A DNA stretch of 63,694 nucleotides, the filler included, from Octopus bimaculoides (Eukaryota): the NCBI RefSeq assembly GCF_001194135.2. It is 8 parts of 7 records of this genome, joined end to end, with 100 filler letters (N's around TTAATTAATTAA, not from the genome) between each part and the next. Parts side by side here need not be neighbours in the genome. Positions count along the whole stretch, not along the records: positions 1 to 10,853 come from NC_068985.1; positions 10,954 to 34,360 come from NC_068985.1; 6 more parts are not named here. One strand, given 5' to 3'. How positions within the stretch are numbered: position 1 is the stretch's first letter; each line of letters opens with the position of its first letter. The position numbers and the translations under genes are program-made. The notes beneath the pieces are model-generated. The model worked only from the letters and a program-made list of their open reading frames with translations. It did no database searches and was not told the DNA's origin. This document shows, one piece after another, positions 1 through 13,299 of the stretch.

Positions 1-134
1 GGTTCGGCAAAAGAGACCTATAGAATAAGTACTAGGCTTACAAAGAATAAGTCCTGGGTCGATTTGCTCGACTAAAGGCGGTGCTCCAGCATGGCCGCAG
101 TCAAATGACTGAAACAAGTAAAAGAGTAAAAGAG
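1..134 (+). mobile_element. SINE family A, 3' part
   Basis: The tail ...gcggtgctccagcatggccgcagtcaaatgactgaaacaagtaaaagag recurs more than 10 times in the window. Confidence 0.85.
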
Positions 135-171
135 AGAGTAAATAGTATATATATATATACACATACATATA

Positions 172-1046
172 CAGGGGACAGTGAATATATTGTCATCTAA
201 ATTACGCAAAAATGAAAATAAAACTGACGTCTCATTTTAACTCATATTTACCAAAATTATATGAAAATATCTTGAAATACTAAAGGGTAAATTTATTCAA
301 TAAAATCGTCATTGGCTTCAACCACGGCCTCCAGACGACTTCAGAATCTCCTGCAAATCTTCTGGACGGTCTCCTTCTTTAAGTTCGTGAATGCTGCCAT
401 AATCTTTGCCTTCGGTTCGTCTTTCGTATTACAAGGAGTTTTATTCGTATCTCGCTCAACTGCACACATAATAATGAAGGAGTCGCAGGCTGGGGAGTTA
501 GGTGGCCAGACGCTAGGGGTGATGTGGTCGTAGAAATTGTCTGAGAGTGGGCTCTCCTATTTCTGCGGCAATAATGCAGATCCCTGTTGTCAGACGTAGG
601 GTCTTTCAGCAGCCACCCTTTTGACCCACGGCAGCATTACCTCCTCCAGGTACTTGATGTAGGCCTCTATGTTGGGTATGAGGCCGTGTGGGAAGATGAA
701 TGGAGGCATAACGTCATCATAACTAGTGATCACTCCAAACACCATGATGTTGACTGTCTGTTTGATTTTTATCACTCTCGGTACATGTTTTGGGGACAAG
801 GCAAGGCAACGGTTGTTCTGTATGTTCACCAGCTGTTCGTATTGGAGGTTCTGGTGCGAATGTCACGCAGTACAGCATGTCGTTTCCAAAATCCTGGCAG
901 ATGAATTGCGTCATGATGCTGGTTTCTTCTCACAGACGGTGCCCAACTGACCCTACTATACTGTGTAGTGACAAAATCGAAAACAAACATACACATGAAC
1001 AAAATTAAAAATATAAAAATGGCGACAATTTACTCATCGCACCCTG
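172..1046 (-). mobile_element. internally deleted Tc1/mariner (maT-like) element
   Basis: TA flanks at 170-171 and 1047-1048. Imperfect 28-nt TIRs including the TA (tacaggggacagtgaatatattgtcatc / tacagggtgcgatgagtaaattgtcgcc). Broken transposase: IMVFGVIT..DVMPPFIFPHG, RPYV*QQG, VWPPNSP, RLEAVVEAN. Confidence 0.85.
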
Positions 1047-1426
1047 TATATATACATATACAAACATATATGCATGCATCCATACATATATATGCATGTG
1101 TGTGTGTGTGTGTATACATACACACAGGCATGTATAGGGAACACACACGCGCATACTATATACATGTGAGTGTGTGTGGACAGAGAGAGAGAGAGAGAGA
1201 GGGGGGGGAGAGGGAGAGAGAGCGAAAGAGAAAGAGAAAGAGACAGACATACATACAGACAGAGAGTAAAAGAAAGCGAAACAGCAAATTCCAACGTGAG
1301 TGTGCTGGAATTGAAAACTAGGTTGAAACGACTACGAGTACGACGACAGCGATGATATTGATGATGATGCTGATAATGATGATGTTGACAATGACGATGA
1401 CGATGATGATAATGATGATAATAATA

Positions 1427-1462
<36 letters not shown>

Positions 1463-1702
1463 CCGCCGCCGTCGCCGCCAACGAAGACGACGATGAAAAT
1501 GATGACGGTGGAAGTTGTAGTGATGATGATAGCGACGAGGATAAAGAAGTTGATGGTTATATCGGCGTCGACCACGCTTGTTCATGATGTTTAGCCTTTT
1601 TCTCCAGCTCTCATTGTGCAGAGAACTTATAATGACAAAGGAAAAGACAGAGAAAGACAAGGATTGAAAGACAGACGGACAGTGAAAGAGAAACAGAGAC
1701 AG

Positions 1703-1746
<44 letters not shown>

Positions 1747-1790
1747 ATATATAGACATATATAGAGTGAGGGAGAGAGAGAAAACGACTC
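1047..1790. repeat. compound microsatellites (TA, CA/TG, GA, GAT)
   Basis: Directly visible. They explain the poly-M, poly-H and poly-I ORFs here. Confidence 0.95.
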
Positions 1791-1966
1791 TCACTCTGTT
1801 GCCTTAGCAACAGACAGCGACAATAAATATACTTGATATTATTTAACATTTACTGGAAGTTTCCAATTTATTATTATGATTATCAATTTATCTCAGGTCT
1901 TGGAGCTTCTGGAGTCTTGCATGTATAGCGGGCTTAATACCTGCAGTCAACGGTACCATTTTATTA

Positions 1967-2028
<62 letters not shown>

Positions 2029-2030
2029 GT

Positions 2031-2464
2031 TATCATTGAGTGATAGAGCAGTGCATGTCATCAAATTGATACTGGCGTAAAATATTCGAAGCCCAGTATA
2101 CACATCATGACTACCCGTCTGATAAGGGTACACCAGACACATGCATCACAACCCTACGTGCGCGACATGGTGATCTTATAACAAGATTAACAGCGCATGC
2201 CCTTACATGTGGGGCCCTCTTCAGGTCGAGAAGCCCATCCCCCTCAAAAGATCCCTGAATAAGAGTTGTTTAAGGATGTTGAACGAAACACCCATGGTTC
2301 CAGATGTGAATTATCCAAACCAAAAAGAATTCCTCTCAACACATGACTATGATGCTCTCCAACTACTTCTGCCCATGATCAGAGATGCACATATCGTTAG
2401 CCACCAAAGGACATGCTCAACTGGTTAAGGTCAAACAACAGACAAGCAAATCTGTGGTACTGAG
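2031..2464 (-). mobile_element. probable LINE 3' UTR fragment embedded in (TTA)n
   Basis: Non-coding block bounded on both sides by (TTA)n, reading ...gcactgctctatcactc(aat)n on the minus strand. It sits next to R4/Dong-like pieces. Confidence 0.4.
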
Positions 2465-2470
2465 TAATTA

Positions 2471-2561
<91 letters not shown>

Positions 2562-2565
<4 letters not shown>

Positions 2566-2720
2566 TAGTTTTATTTTTATAACGTGCTTTCNNNNNNNNN
2601 NGTATTGGCATATCCCAGAGTATGGTTGCTTTCTCGTTTTCTGTGGCCTTTTCTGGCGTGTGTTTATACCATCTTTTTTCTGTTGTTATTCCATAATGTT
2701 GGCATAGCTTCCATATTATT
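2562..2720 (-). mobile_element. 5'-truncated R4/Dong-like non-LTR retrotransposon
   Basis: Encodes WKLCQHYG...KRWYKHTPEKATENEKATILWDMPI, the segment before the RLE nuclease PD motif. Its 3' end is identical to the copy ending near 50117. Flanked by (AAT)n and contains a 10-N gap. Confidence 0.8.
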
Positions 2721-2778
2721 ATTATCATTATTATTATTATCATTATTATTATTATCATTATTATAATTATTATTATCA

Positions 2779-2920
2779 TTTATTGTCCTTGCACAGCTTC
2801 TAACGCTGGAGATGTACTACAGTGTCAGCTGTTCACTATCAGTGAACTAATGTAACACTCCTAATTTTTCGAGCACCATCCGGAGTATTCGAGCGATTCC
2901 AAGCAGTACTGTTTTCCTTT
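2779..2920 (-). mobile_element. second R4/Dong-like LINE 3' end
   Basis: Minus strand encodes KTVLLGIARILRMVLEK*, then a short UTR ending in an AAT tail. Confidence 0.65.
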
Positions 2921-4429
2921 TGTTCGTAGTTTGACCGTTGGAATCATGGTCAAATGATTGCCTTAGACTCAAAATTCCGCGTCGATGAGTCAATGTATCG
3001 AGAAATTTATGGACTTACTGCGACGAAAAACTTTGAGAAATTCTATACATTGCGGAAGCTTATTCCCCCTAAACTCCACCAGCACGGCTTCCCCGAACAC
3101 ACTTCTCGACAAAACTCATATATTTCTGAAATTTAGAAAAAAAAACAAAAAACAAAAAAAAACACGCTCTAATTTCATATTACTGCGGGAAATTACTCTG
3201 AAAGAAATCTCTGCAGAAAGGTGGTAGATTGATTACACATTTCTTGCATTATGTTATCACAGTTTTGTGAGATTTGGCTGTTATTTCTAACATGTAAATA
3301 GCCTGCTTGGGGATGGGGGGAACTGAAATTTTTCAAACAATTTTTTTTTCAGAATCATAATCTCCGTATNNNNNNNNNNNNNNNNNNNNNNNNNNNNNNN
3401 NNNNNNNNNNNNNNNNNNNNNNNNNNNNNNNNNNNNNNNNNNNNNNNNNNNNNNNNNNNNNNNNNNNNNNNNNNNNNNNNNNNNNNNNNNNNNNNNNNNN
3501 NNNNNNNNNNNNNNNNNNNNNNNNNNNNNNNNNNNNNNNNNNNNNNNNNNNNNNNNNNNNNNNNNNNNNNNNNNNNNNNNNNNNNNNNNNNNNNNNNNNN
3601 NNNNNNNNNNNNNNNNNNNNNNNNNNNNNNNNNNNNNNNNNNNNNNNNNNNNNNNNNNNNNNNNNNNNNNNNNNNNNNNNNNNNNNNNNNNNNNNNNNNN
3701 NNNNNNNNNNNNNNNNNNNNNNNNNNNNNNNNNNNNNNNNNNNNNNNNNNNNNNNNNNNNNNNNNNNNNNNNNNNNNNNNNNNNNNNNNNNNNNNNNNNN
3801 NNNNNNNNNNNNNNNNNNNNNNNNNNNNNNNNNNNNNNNNNNNNNNNNNNNNNNNNNNNNNNNNNNNNNNNNNNNNNNNNNNNNNNNNNNNNNNNNNNNN
3901 NNNNNNNNNNNNNNNNNNNNNNNNCCAGATAATCTTTGTGAATTTGTTTTCTACACATGGGACTTCATACGATTATGCAAAATGAATAAATAATAAAAAA
4001 TAAATGAATAAATTGTAGGGGTGCACGATTTAAGGCCTATTTACCTGTTATTTTTAGCACACCTCGCAACCACCTCAATGACAAAAAAAACAAAAACAAC
4101 GTAAACATGTATTTTATAGTTTTAAGCAGTCAATATGCATTTAATGCTATAAAGAACACGTTACAAATTAAATATTTCTCAAAATAAGAAACTTATAGAA
4201 CAAAATTAAAATTTATCCAAAAACCAAATAGCACATTACAAATCGAATGTTTCTAAAAAAACAAACATCTCCAATCTTAACTGGATAACAGAGCAAGTCC
4301 TCCACACGAGTGTAGGACAAACCCTACCTAGGACAAAACTTCCTCAGACAAAACCCCTATAGTTAAAGTTTGAAAGTGGACAAAACTCACTCGGTTATAT
4401 TTTTCGGTTATTTTTCGTTTTATCCCCTT

Positions 4430-4762
4430 TTATTTGTTTCAGTCATTTGTCGGTGGCCATACTGGGGCACTGCCTTGAACATTTTTTAGTTGAACATATC
4501 GACCCCAGAATTCTTCTTTCCTTTTTACTCGTTGCAGTTATTAGACTGCGACTATGTTGGGGCACCACCTTGTAGTCTTTTTAGACGACTGTATGGAACC
4601 CGGAATTCTTTTTTAAAGTCAAATCAAAACCATCTCAGTGTTATATTTCGTTTTTTTGTGTGCTTTTTTTTTTGTTTTTCCTGTGTACTTGTTAAATCAT
4701 TAGACTGCGGTAATGCTGGGGCACCGCCTTGAATAAGTTTTAGTCGAATGTATCGACCGCAG
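4430..4762 (-). mobile_element. three tandem truncated SINE A 3' ends
   Basis: Three diverged ...cagtcatt(t/a)gactgcggccatgctggggcaccgccttga-like blocks near 4435, 4525 and 4685. Confidence 0.75.
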
Positions 4763-4767
4763 AGTTT

Positions 4768-5790
4768 TTGTCAGGTGATTTTCAACCAGCGAATGAAGTT
4801 ATGCCTAAGAAGGTCTCTCCACATGCTAGAAATAACAAGACAAGTAAGAAACTCCAAATCCTTGGTTTTGATGTATTTGAAGGTTACTTTCTGCAAGCAT
4901 CTTTGCTTTCATTTGTTAAAGAACTACAAGAAAATCCAGCCGACAGGATTGCACACTATGAATCAGTAGCAAAAGGTTTATGTGAATATATCACCTCAAA
5001 TTATTCTGATGTTTCCAAACATATTGTTACGAAGAAATTTGCAGATTGAACAAATGATAGAGCTTCTTTGAAAGGGGTTGAAAAATTTAGGATAGAAGTT
5101 CTAAAACAAACTGCTTGATAATTCAATTAAGAAAGAGGATTGACCCATATGAGCAGATTGCGAAAAGGTTCAAGTTTCTGTTAGAACTGATGAACAATTC
5201 AGAATTTGATGAGGACAGTATCAAACTTATTATATCTTATTACAAAGACGATATTGACCACAAATTACTAAATGAGTGTTATCAGTTCAAAGAGTGTTTA
5301 CACTTTAGGAAATCGCGGAACACAGAAGAAAACGCACCCTCAAAAATGCAATGCACAGAAGTTCTTCAGCTTATTTATGAGCAACAATTTATTGACGTGT
5401 TCCCTAATATTCTCTTCTACTTTAAGCACAAGGTCCAAAATTTTGGGGGAGAAGGGCAGTCGATTAGATCGACTCCAGTACGCAACTGGTACTTAACTTA
5501 TCGACCCCAAAAGGAGGAAGGGTAAAGTCAACCTCGGCGGAATTTGAGTGTTCCCTAATATTACTACTGCACGTAAGCTGTACTTGTCAATGCCTACCAC
5601 GTGCTGTGAAGCAGAAAAGAATTTCTCAAAGCTTTCCTTTATAAAGAGTAAATTTCGGGCTACCATGACTGAAGAGCGCTTAAATTCCTTATGTATATTG
5701 TCTCTAGAAAAATAACATTGCACGGAAGCTGTCACATGACAAAACTGTAAGGGAATACGTTGCTATAAAAAAAAAACGGAAAAAAGAGTA
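4768..5790 (+). pseudogene. hAT transposase remnant (ZMYM1/THAP12-like C-terminal dimerisation region)
   Basis: VFPNI..KLYLSMPTTCCEAEKNFSKLSFIKSKFRATMTEERLNSLCILSLE matches the hAT dimerisation motif. It has a stop at 5047-5049, a frameshift and a SINE insertion. Confidence 0.88.
5412..5547 (-). mobile_element. 5'-truncated SINE family B with 15-bp TSD
   Basis: TSD gtgttccctaatatt at 5397-5411 and 5548-5562. The body matches the SINE B copies at 17016-19010. Confidence 0.9.
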
Positions 5791-6651
5791 TTTTGTTATT
5801 TTTATATGTATTTTAAATGTAAGATTAATATTAGATTATATCAACTGTGGTATTTGTTATGCTTTATGTCTTTATTCTATGATGCATCATGCATGTATAT
5901 ACTACTTCTCTTATTTTCGACCCTCGTAACTCTAAAAGTATAAGGCACAGTCCGGAAAATATTTATTCATACCAGTGACTTTGAGAATCACAATCTGAAA
6001 TGTAGTGCTTAAATTCGTAAAGAAATTTGTTACAATCTGCCATGGAACAACCACATCGACAAAGGGCCTCAAGGCTGGAGTTCCTTGCAAGGGAAAGAAA
6101 ATTCTTTGTTGGATGTTATCCTACTGCTGCTGATTGTATAGGGGCCCCCCATAACATTTTAAGCTTCAGGGCCCCAATATTGTAGATCCGCCACTGAAGA
6201 AGAGTCAGGCATTTCTATTGACTTAGCAATATACAATGAAGATATAGGAAAATGTGAATAAATTTTAGCAGAGAATGAAATGGATTCGATAAGAGGAAAA
6301 ATGTTAAATATAGGCACCCAAACTTAAGGAAACTTAGGCCGTGCTTTTTAGAAGAATGGTTGAATGTGTTCTGTTTGTTTATCTTTAGTAAATACAAATC
6401 TAAATTTAATATAATTAATAGCAAAATGTAAATTGCGACTATTAAGAGTATTTAAATCTAGAATATAGAAAAGACATCTGTTTGTATGGATGTGTGATTG
6501 TGTTTGTTTACTTTTAGAAAAGGCAAATTCAAAGTAGATTTTTTTCCGCTAGAATTAAACTCTATTTTTATCATATTGAAAGAACGTTTAAGCCAATAAA
6601 TCAAGAACCCTTAAAGAGTGGGGAAGAAAAAGGATCGAGGGATTCTCTCTT

Positions 6652-6654
6652 GTG

Positions 6655-6698
<44 letters not shown>

Positions 6699-6733
6699 GT
6701 CTGTCTGTCTGTCTATCAGTCTGTCTGTCTGCC

Positions 6734-6786
<53 letters not shown>

Positions 6787-6810
6787 CTCTATCTATCTAT
6801 CTATCTATCA
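6652..6810. repeat. (TCTA)n/(TCTG)n microsatellite
   Basis: Directly visible. Confidence 0.95.
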
Positions 6811-7005
6811 GTGGGTGTGTGTACGTANNNNNNNNNNNNNNNNNNNNNNNNNNNNNNNNNNNNNNNNNNNNNNNNNNNNNNNNNNNNNNNNNNNNNNNNN
6901 NNNNNNNNNNNNNNNNNNNNNNNNNNNNNNNNNNNNNNNNNNNNNNNNNNNNNNNNNNNNNNNNNNNNNNNNNNNNNNNNNNNNNTACATATATATATAT
7001 ATATG

Positions 7006-7112
7006 AAAGAGACCGATAGAATAAGTACTAGACTTAAAATTCGTTCAACTAAAATGCTTGAAGGCGGTGCCCCGGCATGGCCGCAGTCTAATGATTGAAA
7101 CAAGTAAAAGAT
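7006..7112 (+). mobile_element. SINE A 3' part
   Basis: Matches 10-134. Confidence 0.8.
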
Positions 7113-8377
7113 TAGAGATGAAGGATAAAAAAACTTATAAAACTGCAAAAATATATCGAGTGAATGGGAAGATCACAAAATCTGCTAAAAATAGCTGTCT
7201 CACCTTCTAATTTATCTTACTGTCACACGAGAGGAAGGAAACATTGGCTAGTATACTCCTTGATAAACTATATCTGAATAAAAAAAACAGGATGGGCACA
7301 TTTGGAATGTCTTTGATTGTAAGCTTCCTGATCTAGGGCTGGCCTGGGGCGAAGCAACAAAAACTCTGAAGAAGAAATAGCTATAGATTAAATATGTAGT
7401 AGTAAACACAGCTGTTTAGCTTGTATACGTGAGTATCTCTTTCGTTATGCTGAAACGCTACCAGTACATTCAACCTCTACTGGATCACATGAACTTTATA
7501 TGTAACTCCATGCAATTCACTATGGAGAAAGAAAATAATAGCCAATTATAAATCCCATAGTATATTATTGCAACGGAGAGAAACGAATATCATGATATCT
7601 GTGTAGCAAATCTAATAGATACTGGCCTCTATCTAAATGGTGAATCTCACTTCATCAGCATCACCGTGTAAAGGAAGAAATAATTTCATACAAGATCGAA
7701 CAAAATGTATCTGTATCAATGAATTAACTAAAAAGCAAATATATCTACTGAGAGAAAAAGAATTCAAGAAAAACAAATGTGTTAATATTTCTAATGTGTA
7801 TGAAGTAAAGACAATGTATAAATCCTCTGGGACTCTGAATTGTTGAACTACGAGGCCCATAGAAATGTGCTCAGAGTAACCTTAAATTCTCTATATATTT
7901 TAAGGGAGTAACACTTTCTCGCCAGTTGAATAAATTAAATAATTACATTTATATGATCTAAAACATTTACGGGATAATTTACAAAGGGATAACTGGATAA
8001 CAAGACTATTTTATAGTGAGAGAGAGAGGGGGGAGTGAGATAATGAGAAAGAGGGTGAGAGAGAGAGAGAGAAAAAGAAGAGAAACATCCAAGCCCAAAT
8101 GCACTCATCTGTTGAGAAACATCAAATTCAGGAATAATAGTAGAATATATGATGCAACAATGAAAATTACCGAAAGATAGTGTGCGGAGAGAGAAGCACA
8201 CTGAACATCAAGGAAACAGAAAGAAACAATATTATGCTGAGAACTCAATCACTGTGAACAGAATAAATATTTTCAGAACAATATGGCTGACATTACTGAA
8301 ATGATTCAAAGAGCCACCGAATCTATCAAATATTTCACTTTACTGAGCAAAGAAGCATCTTTGTAGTTGTTCGACCT

Positions 8378-8560
8378 ACTAGAAATAGCCGCCAAATCTC
8401 CCTCATTACGCACCATTTTCTTTAAGTAAGTCAAGAACATCGTGGATAATGTAGTTATAGATAGAGCATGTCTAAATAAAGGAATGGACGGGATGGTTTC
8501 ACCTGGAATAGTGGCAATTCTATCAAGGCTGGTATTCGGTCATACAATAAGAAGGACCAT
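8378..8560 (+). repeat. dispersed repeat family C (ctagaaatagcagccaaatctccc... type)
   Basis: Similar blocks at 7180-7365, 34105-34200, 47665-47790 (reverse) and 60410-60540. Confidence 0.6.
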
Positions 8561-8599
8561 ATTTAGTTCAAACTAACTAAAGACAGAAATCTATTTGAA

Positions 8600-8885
8600 A
8601 ATGTTTCCATACAGGTAAAATTAACACCGGAGATGTTTTTGCCCACACACAGCATGCAGGAACTACTCAGAAGTCTTGCAAGCTGTTTAAAATCCATTAC
8701 AATGTTGGAAACCCTTCTGTATCGTCAGCAGGTATCTCAGGGTCACAAGCGTTTCGCTCTTTAGCTTATCTGCTTCACCTGAACTAGTCTTCGACTACTT
8801 GATTTTCAGAGAGATATTCATATCAGCAGGACAGCTGGCTTCCCTGATGTAATGTAATGTAATGTAATGTAATGTAATGTAATGT
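8600..8885 (+). mobile_element. possible LINE 3' end with (TGTAA)n tail
   Basis: Moderate-GC block ending abruptly in about 7 copies of TGTAA. The coding similarity is weak. Confidence 0.3.
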
Positions 8886-9066
8886 ATGTATGTATGTGCA
8901 TATGTGTGTATATGTGTGCGTGTATGTGTGTGTTTGTGTGTTTGTATGTCTGCGTGTGTGTGCGTCTGTGTGTGCGCTTGTGTGAGTATATGAATATATA
9001 GGTGATAAAATAAAGTGGATGGATTATTTAAGGGATCGAATATACCTCAGGTATGTTTGAACTGGT

Positions 9067-9111
<45 letters not shown>

Positions 9112-9340
9112 GTATATATTTGTGTGTGCGTGTGTATGTATGTATATATTTTTTCAAGCGTTGGAATGGGGTGATGCTGAGGCAGTTTCTGAAGGCAAAC
9201 TTCAAATAAGTACTGGATATCTTCAAATGCAATTATCATTTTATACCTACGTGGTATTGATCCTTAAATTTAGTTGAACTCGTCATCGGTGAAACCATCA
9301 ATGTCCATTGCATATGCAAAACGACACGTTGTTGAATTCA

Positions 9341-9399
9341 GCCGGGTTCGCACCCACGACTTCCCATGCTCACCGCCGCGCCCTCCTACTCGACACGGC
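9341..9399 (-). mobile_element. tRNA-like head, probably a rare SINE
   Basis: GC-rich 59-mer ending in the B-box-like gggtgcgaacccggc. No complete cloverleaf. Confidence 0.3.
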
Positions 9400-10804
9400 A
9401 TCGGAAAGTTGCCTTGCCAACGATCGCACAGCCTAAAATTTGTACTCTAGTATGGCTTACACATTAACTTACGAAGCTTCTTCAAACTACTGAGCCAGAG
9501 GAAGATGTGTAGTGCCATTATGGGTCGCAAGCTCAGGAATATGAGATCACCACAATCTCAATCGCAAGCAGAAGTTCTGCAAAATGTTCGATGCCCTTCC
9601 CTGCATATATGATTTTATATCAGAGTGACCTTCTCCTGGAGACAAGCATTAACAAAAACTAAGGGGTGCTCGATCTCGATTTTCAGTACGAATACAGACC
9701 TCGAAATCGTGGCCCATCGATCCTATATATATATATATNNNNNNNNNNNNNNNNNNNNNNNNNNNNNNNNNNNNNNNNNNNNNNNNNNNNNNNNNNNNNN
9801 NNNNNNNNNNNNNNNNNNNNNNNNNNNNNNNNNNNNNNNNNNNNNNNNNNNNNNNNNNNNNNNNNNNNNNNNNNNNNNNNNNNNNNNNNNNNNNNNNNNN
9901 NNNNNNNNNNNNNNNNNNNNNNNNNNNNNNNNNNNNNNNNNNNNNNNNNNNNNNNNNNNNNNNNNNNNNNNNNNNNNNNNNNNNNNNNNNNNNNNNNNNN
10001 NNNNNNNNNNNNNNNNNNNNNNNNNNNNNNNNNNNNNNNNNNNNNNNNNNNNNNNNNNNNNNNNNNNNNNNNNNNNNNNNNNNNNNNNNNNNNNNNNNNN
10101 NNNNNNNNNNNNNNNNNNNNNNNNNNNNNNNNNNNNNNNNNNNNNNNNNNNNNNNNNNNNNNNNNNNNNNNNNNNNNNNNNNNNNNNNNNNNNNNNNNNN
10201 NNNNNNNNNNNNNNNNNNNNNNNNNNNNNNNNNNNNNNNNNNNNNNNNNNNNNNNNNNNNNNNNNNNNNNNNNNNNNNNNNNNNNNNNNNNNNTTCTTTA
10301 CTCCGAATATTTTCTTTGTCCTTTTGTCTTATTTTATTTATACGTTCTGTTTTAGCTTTCGTCTGTTTATGCTTATATGTATCTAATTATGTATGCATGT
10401 ATGTATGTATATATGTATATATATATTATGCCGACGTATATGTTGGTGTATATGTAACGTATACATGCAGATGTTTGTATTTGTGAGTTGTGTGTACATC
10501 TGCATGCATACATATATATATACTTATATACGTAGATACATACCTACATACACACACATACAAACCCATAGATGGATGCACACACACATACACACACACA
10601 CATCTATATGTATATATTCAATTAATCTTCATTTAGTCTGTAACTTTTTTGAATGTTGACTACCTTGTGAATATTGGTCATTACATTTTCCAACACAATA
10701 AACTCTAAACTTTAAACTGTCTTCATTCATAAAAATTAAGGACTTGAATAGCTACACTGGATGACAGAACAAAGGGATTTAGTCTCTATGCATCACGTAT
10801 GCAT

Positions 10805-10837
<33 letters not shown>

Positions 10838-10853
10838 CACACACACACACACA

Positions 10854-10953
10854 NNNNNNNNNNNNNNNNNNNNNNNNNNNNNNNNNNNNNNNNNNNNTTA
10901 ATTAATTAANNNNNNNNNNNNNNNNNNNNNNNNNNNNNNNNNNNNNNNNNNNN
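10854..10953. other. artificial scaffold linker (44N-TTAATTAATTAA-44N)
   Basis: The 12-mer places stop codons in all six frames. The same 100-bp layout occurs seven times. Confidence 0.97.
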
Positions 10954-10988
<35 letters not shown>

Positions 10989-11423
10989 CTTCACGTTTGT
11001 AATATGAATTGAGTTAGTATATTTGCATTAAATGTACCTGTATATATAAATGTGAGTAAATAATTATATTTTAAACGAAATCTTTACAACATATCATCAC
11101 ACTTCTCCAAATATATAAGAATATATGTGTGTGTGTTTGTGTGTGCGTATGCGTGTGTGTATACATACATACATGTATATATATGTATATATATGTATAT
11201 ACACACACACACACTTATATATATATATTAACGCATATATATATATAGAAACATACATACGACTAGAGTTCAAATAATTACATATATATTTATATATGTG
11301 TGTGTGTGCATGTATGGTTGTATACATATATGTATACATACATATATGCATACATACATACAAATACATGCATATATGTATGTATATATATATTGATATA
11401 CGTATACATATTATATACGTATG

Positions 11424-11460
<37 letters not shown>

Positions 11461-12699
11461 ATATATATNNNNNNNNNNNNNNNNNNNNNNNNNNNNNNNN
11501 NNNNNNNNNNNNNNNNNNNNNNNNNNNNNNNNNNNNNNNNNNNNNNNNNNNNNNNNNNNNNNNNNNNNNNNNNNNNNNNNNNNNNNNNNNNNNNNNNNNN
11601 NNNNNNNNNNNNNNNNNNNNNNNNNNNNNNNNNNNNNNNNNNNNNNNNNNNNNNNNNNNNNNNNNNNNNNNNNNNNNNNNNNNNNNNNNNNNNNNNNNNN
11701 NNNNNNNNNNNNNNNNNNNNNNNNNNNNNNNNNNNNNNNNNNNNNNNNNNNNNNNNNNNNNNNNNNNNNNNNNNNNNNNNNNNNNNNNNNNNNNNNNNNN
11801 NNNNNNNNNNNNNNNNNNNNNNNNNNNNNNNNNNNNNNNNNNNNNNNNNNNNNNNNNNNNNNNNNNNNNNNNNNNNNNNNNNNNNNNNNNNNNNNNNNNN
11901 NNNNNNNNNNNNNNNNNNNNNNNNNNNNNNNNNNNNNNNNNNNNNNNNNNNNNNNNNNNNNNNNNNNNNNNNNNNNNNNNNNNNNNNNNNNNNNNNNNNN
12001 NNNNNNNNNNNNNNNNNNNNNNNNNNNNNNNNNNNNNNNNNNNNNNNNNNNNNNNNNNNNNNNNNNNNNNNNNNNNNNNNNNNNNNNNTATACATACATA
12101 CACACACAAACAAGAACATTACATATACATATAAATGCGTTATACATATACACATATATATATACATAAGCCTATGTATATAAACACTCACGCATACATA
12201 TATATGTGTGTGTGCGCGCAATATAAACATATACACGTTTATACATGAGTGTGTGTGTATGTGTGCCTGCATATTTATATACATATAAGCACACAATCAT
12301 ACATATACAAACATTTATACACATATGTACGCAAACGTGTGTCTTTCTCTGTGTGGTGGTGAGTGTGTGTACCCGTGTTGTCTACGATAATTGAGGATCC
12401 ATTCAGTTTGATTTTAATTACATAGGCATACTCATAATTCCAATACATTTAATTAATTTTGAATTTCCTACTGAGCAATTTTCACTGGAAAAAAAGAAAC
12501 CCCTTTTTAAAATGAGCTTTACGTATTATGACTTCGAAATGCAAATACGGGAGGCGTACACGGGTTGACGGCTTTCCCTTACATTTATCAGCTAACGATG
12601 GGATGGAAGGCTTATAGCGTCTATTCTACTTTTGTTTCAGTCCAGGTCCCACGTATCTTAACGTAACCCAAGTTCCCAAATGTCACATTGTGAAGTACA

Positions 12700-12722
12700 T
12701 ATGCATCTCTCTCTCCCTCTCT

Positions 12723-12754
<32 letters not shown>

Positions 12755-12880
12755 GTCTCACTCCATATACATGTTTGTATATGTGTGTCTGTAGAGGAGA
12801 GGAGGAGGAGAAGAAGAAGAAGAAGAAGAAGAAGAAGAAGAAGAAGAAGAAGAAGAAGAAGAAGAAGAAGAAGAAGAAGA
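12700..12880. repeat. (CT)n and (AGA)n microsatellites
   Basis: Directly visible. Source of the poly-R ORF. Confidence 0.95.
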
Positions 12881-13299
12881 ATTAACTACAACAAATGGCG
12901 TAAAGCCACACAATTGCTTCTATGCTTGGTCACTCAGTTGTCAAAACTTGCCGGCTATATATTTTCCTCATAATCATTGTTTCCTTTAAGGTGGATGATA
13001 TATGAAATGAAAAAGTTGACGGATTTTTTCTTCTTGTACTCAAGGGACTAAATAATGCCCATTGATCCTTTACAAGGCTTCCATGACTGATGATCCTCAA
13101 ACGAAAGTGAAAGTAATGATGTTAAAACCGGCTGACAGATTTAGTTCTTGTCTCTCCGAACGGGCTATGGTGAGATTTTGAACTCAAAATACTCAAAACA
13201 CAAAGACTGAGAACAAATTCTGCAGGTCATCCGATCCGACATTTTTATAGTTTTGCCAATCCATCACCCTAAAGTGGTACTTTTTAAAAAATTTTTATT

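Larger units (their letters stand above)
4763..6196 (+). mobile_element. hAT DNA transposon, right half
   Basis: Transposase remnant followed by the terminus ...gggccccaatattgtagatccgccactg (= CAGTGGCGGATC TIR). The left end is not seen. Confidence 0.85.

Noticed and set aside
2954-3136. ORF containing HGFP, like the MEST oxyanion motif
   Set aside because: The flanking residues do not fit HGFPTSS.DW, there are no splice sites, and it is on a different scaffold.
10898-10909. TTAATTAATTAA recurring seven times
   Set aside because: It is always centred in 44N+44N. This is a six-frame-stop assembly linker, not biology.
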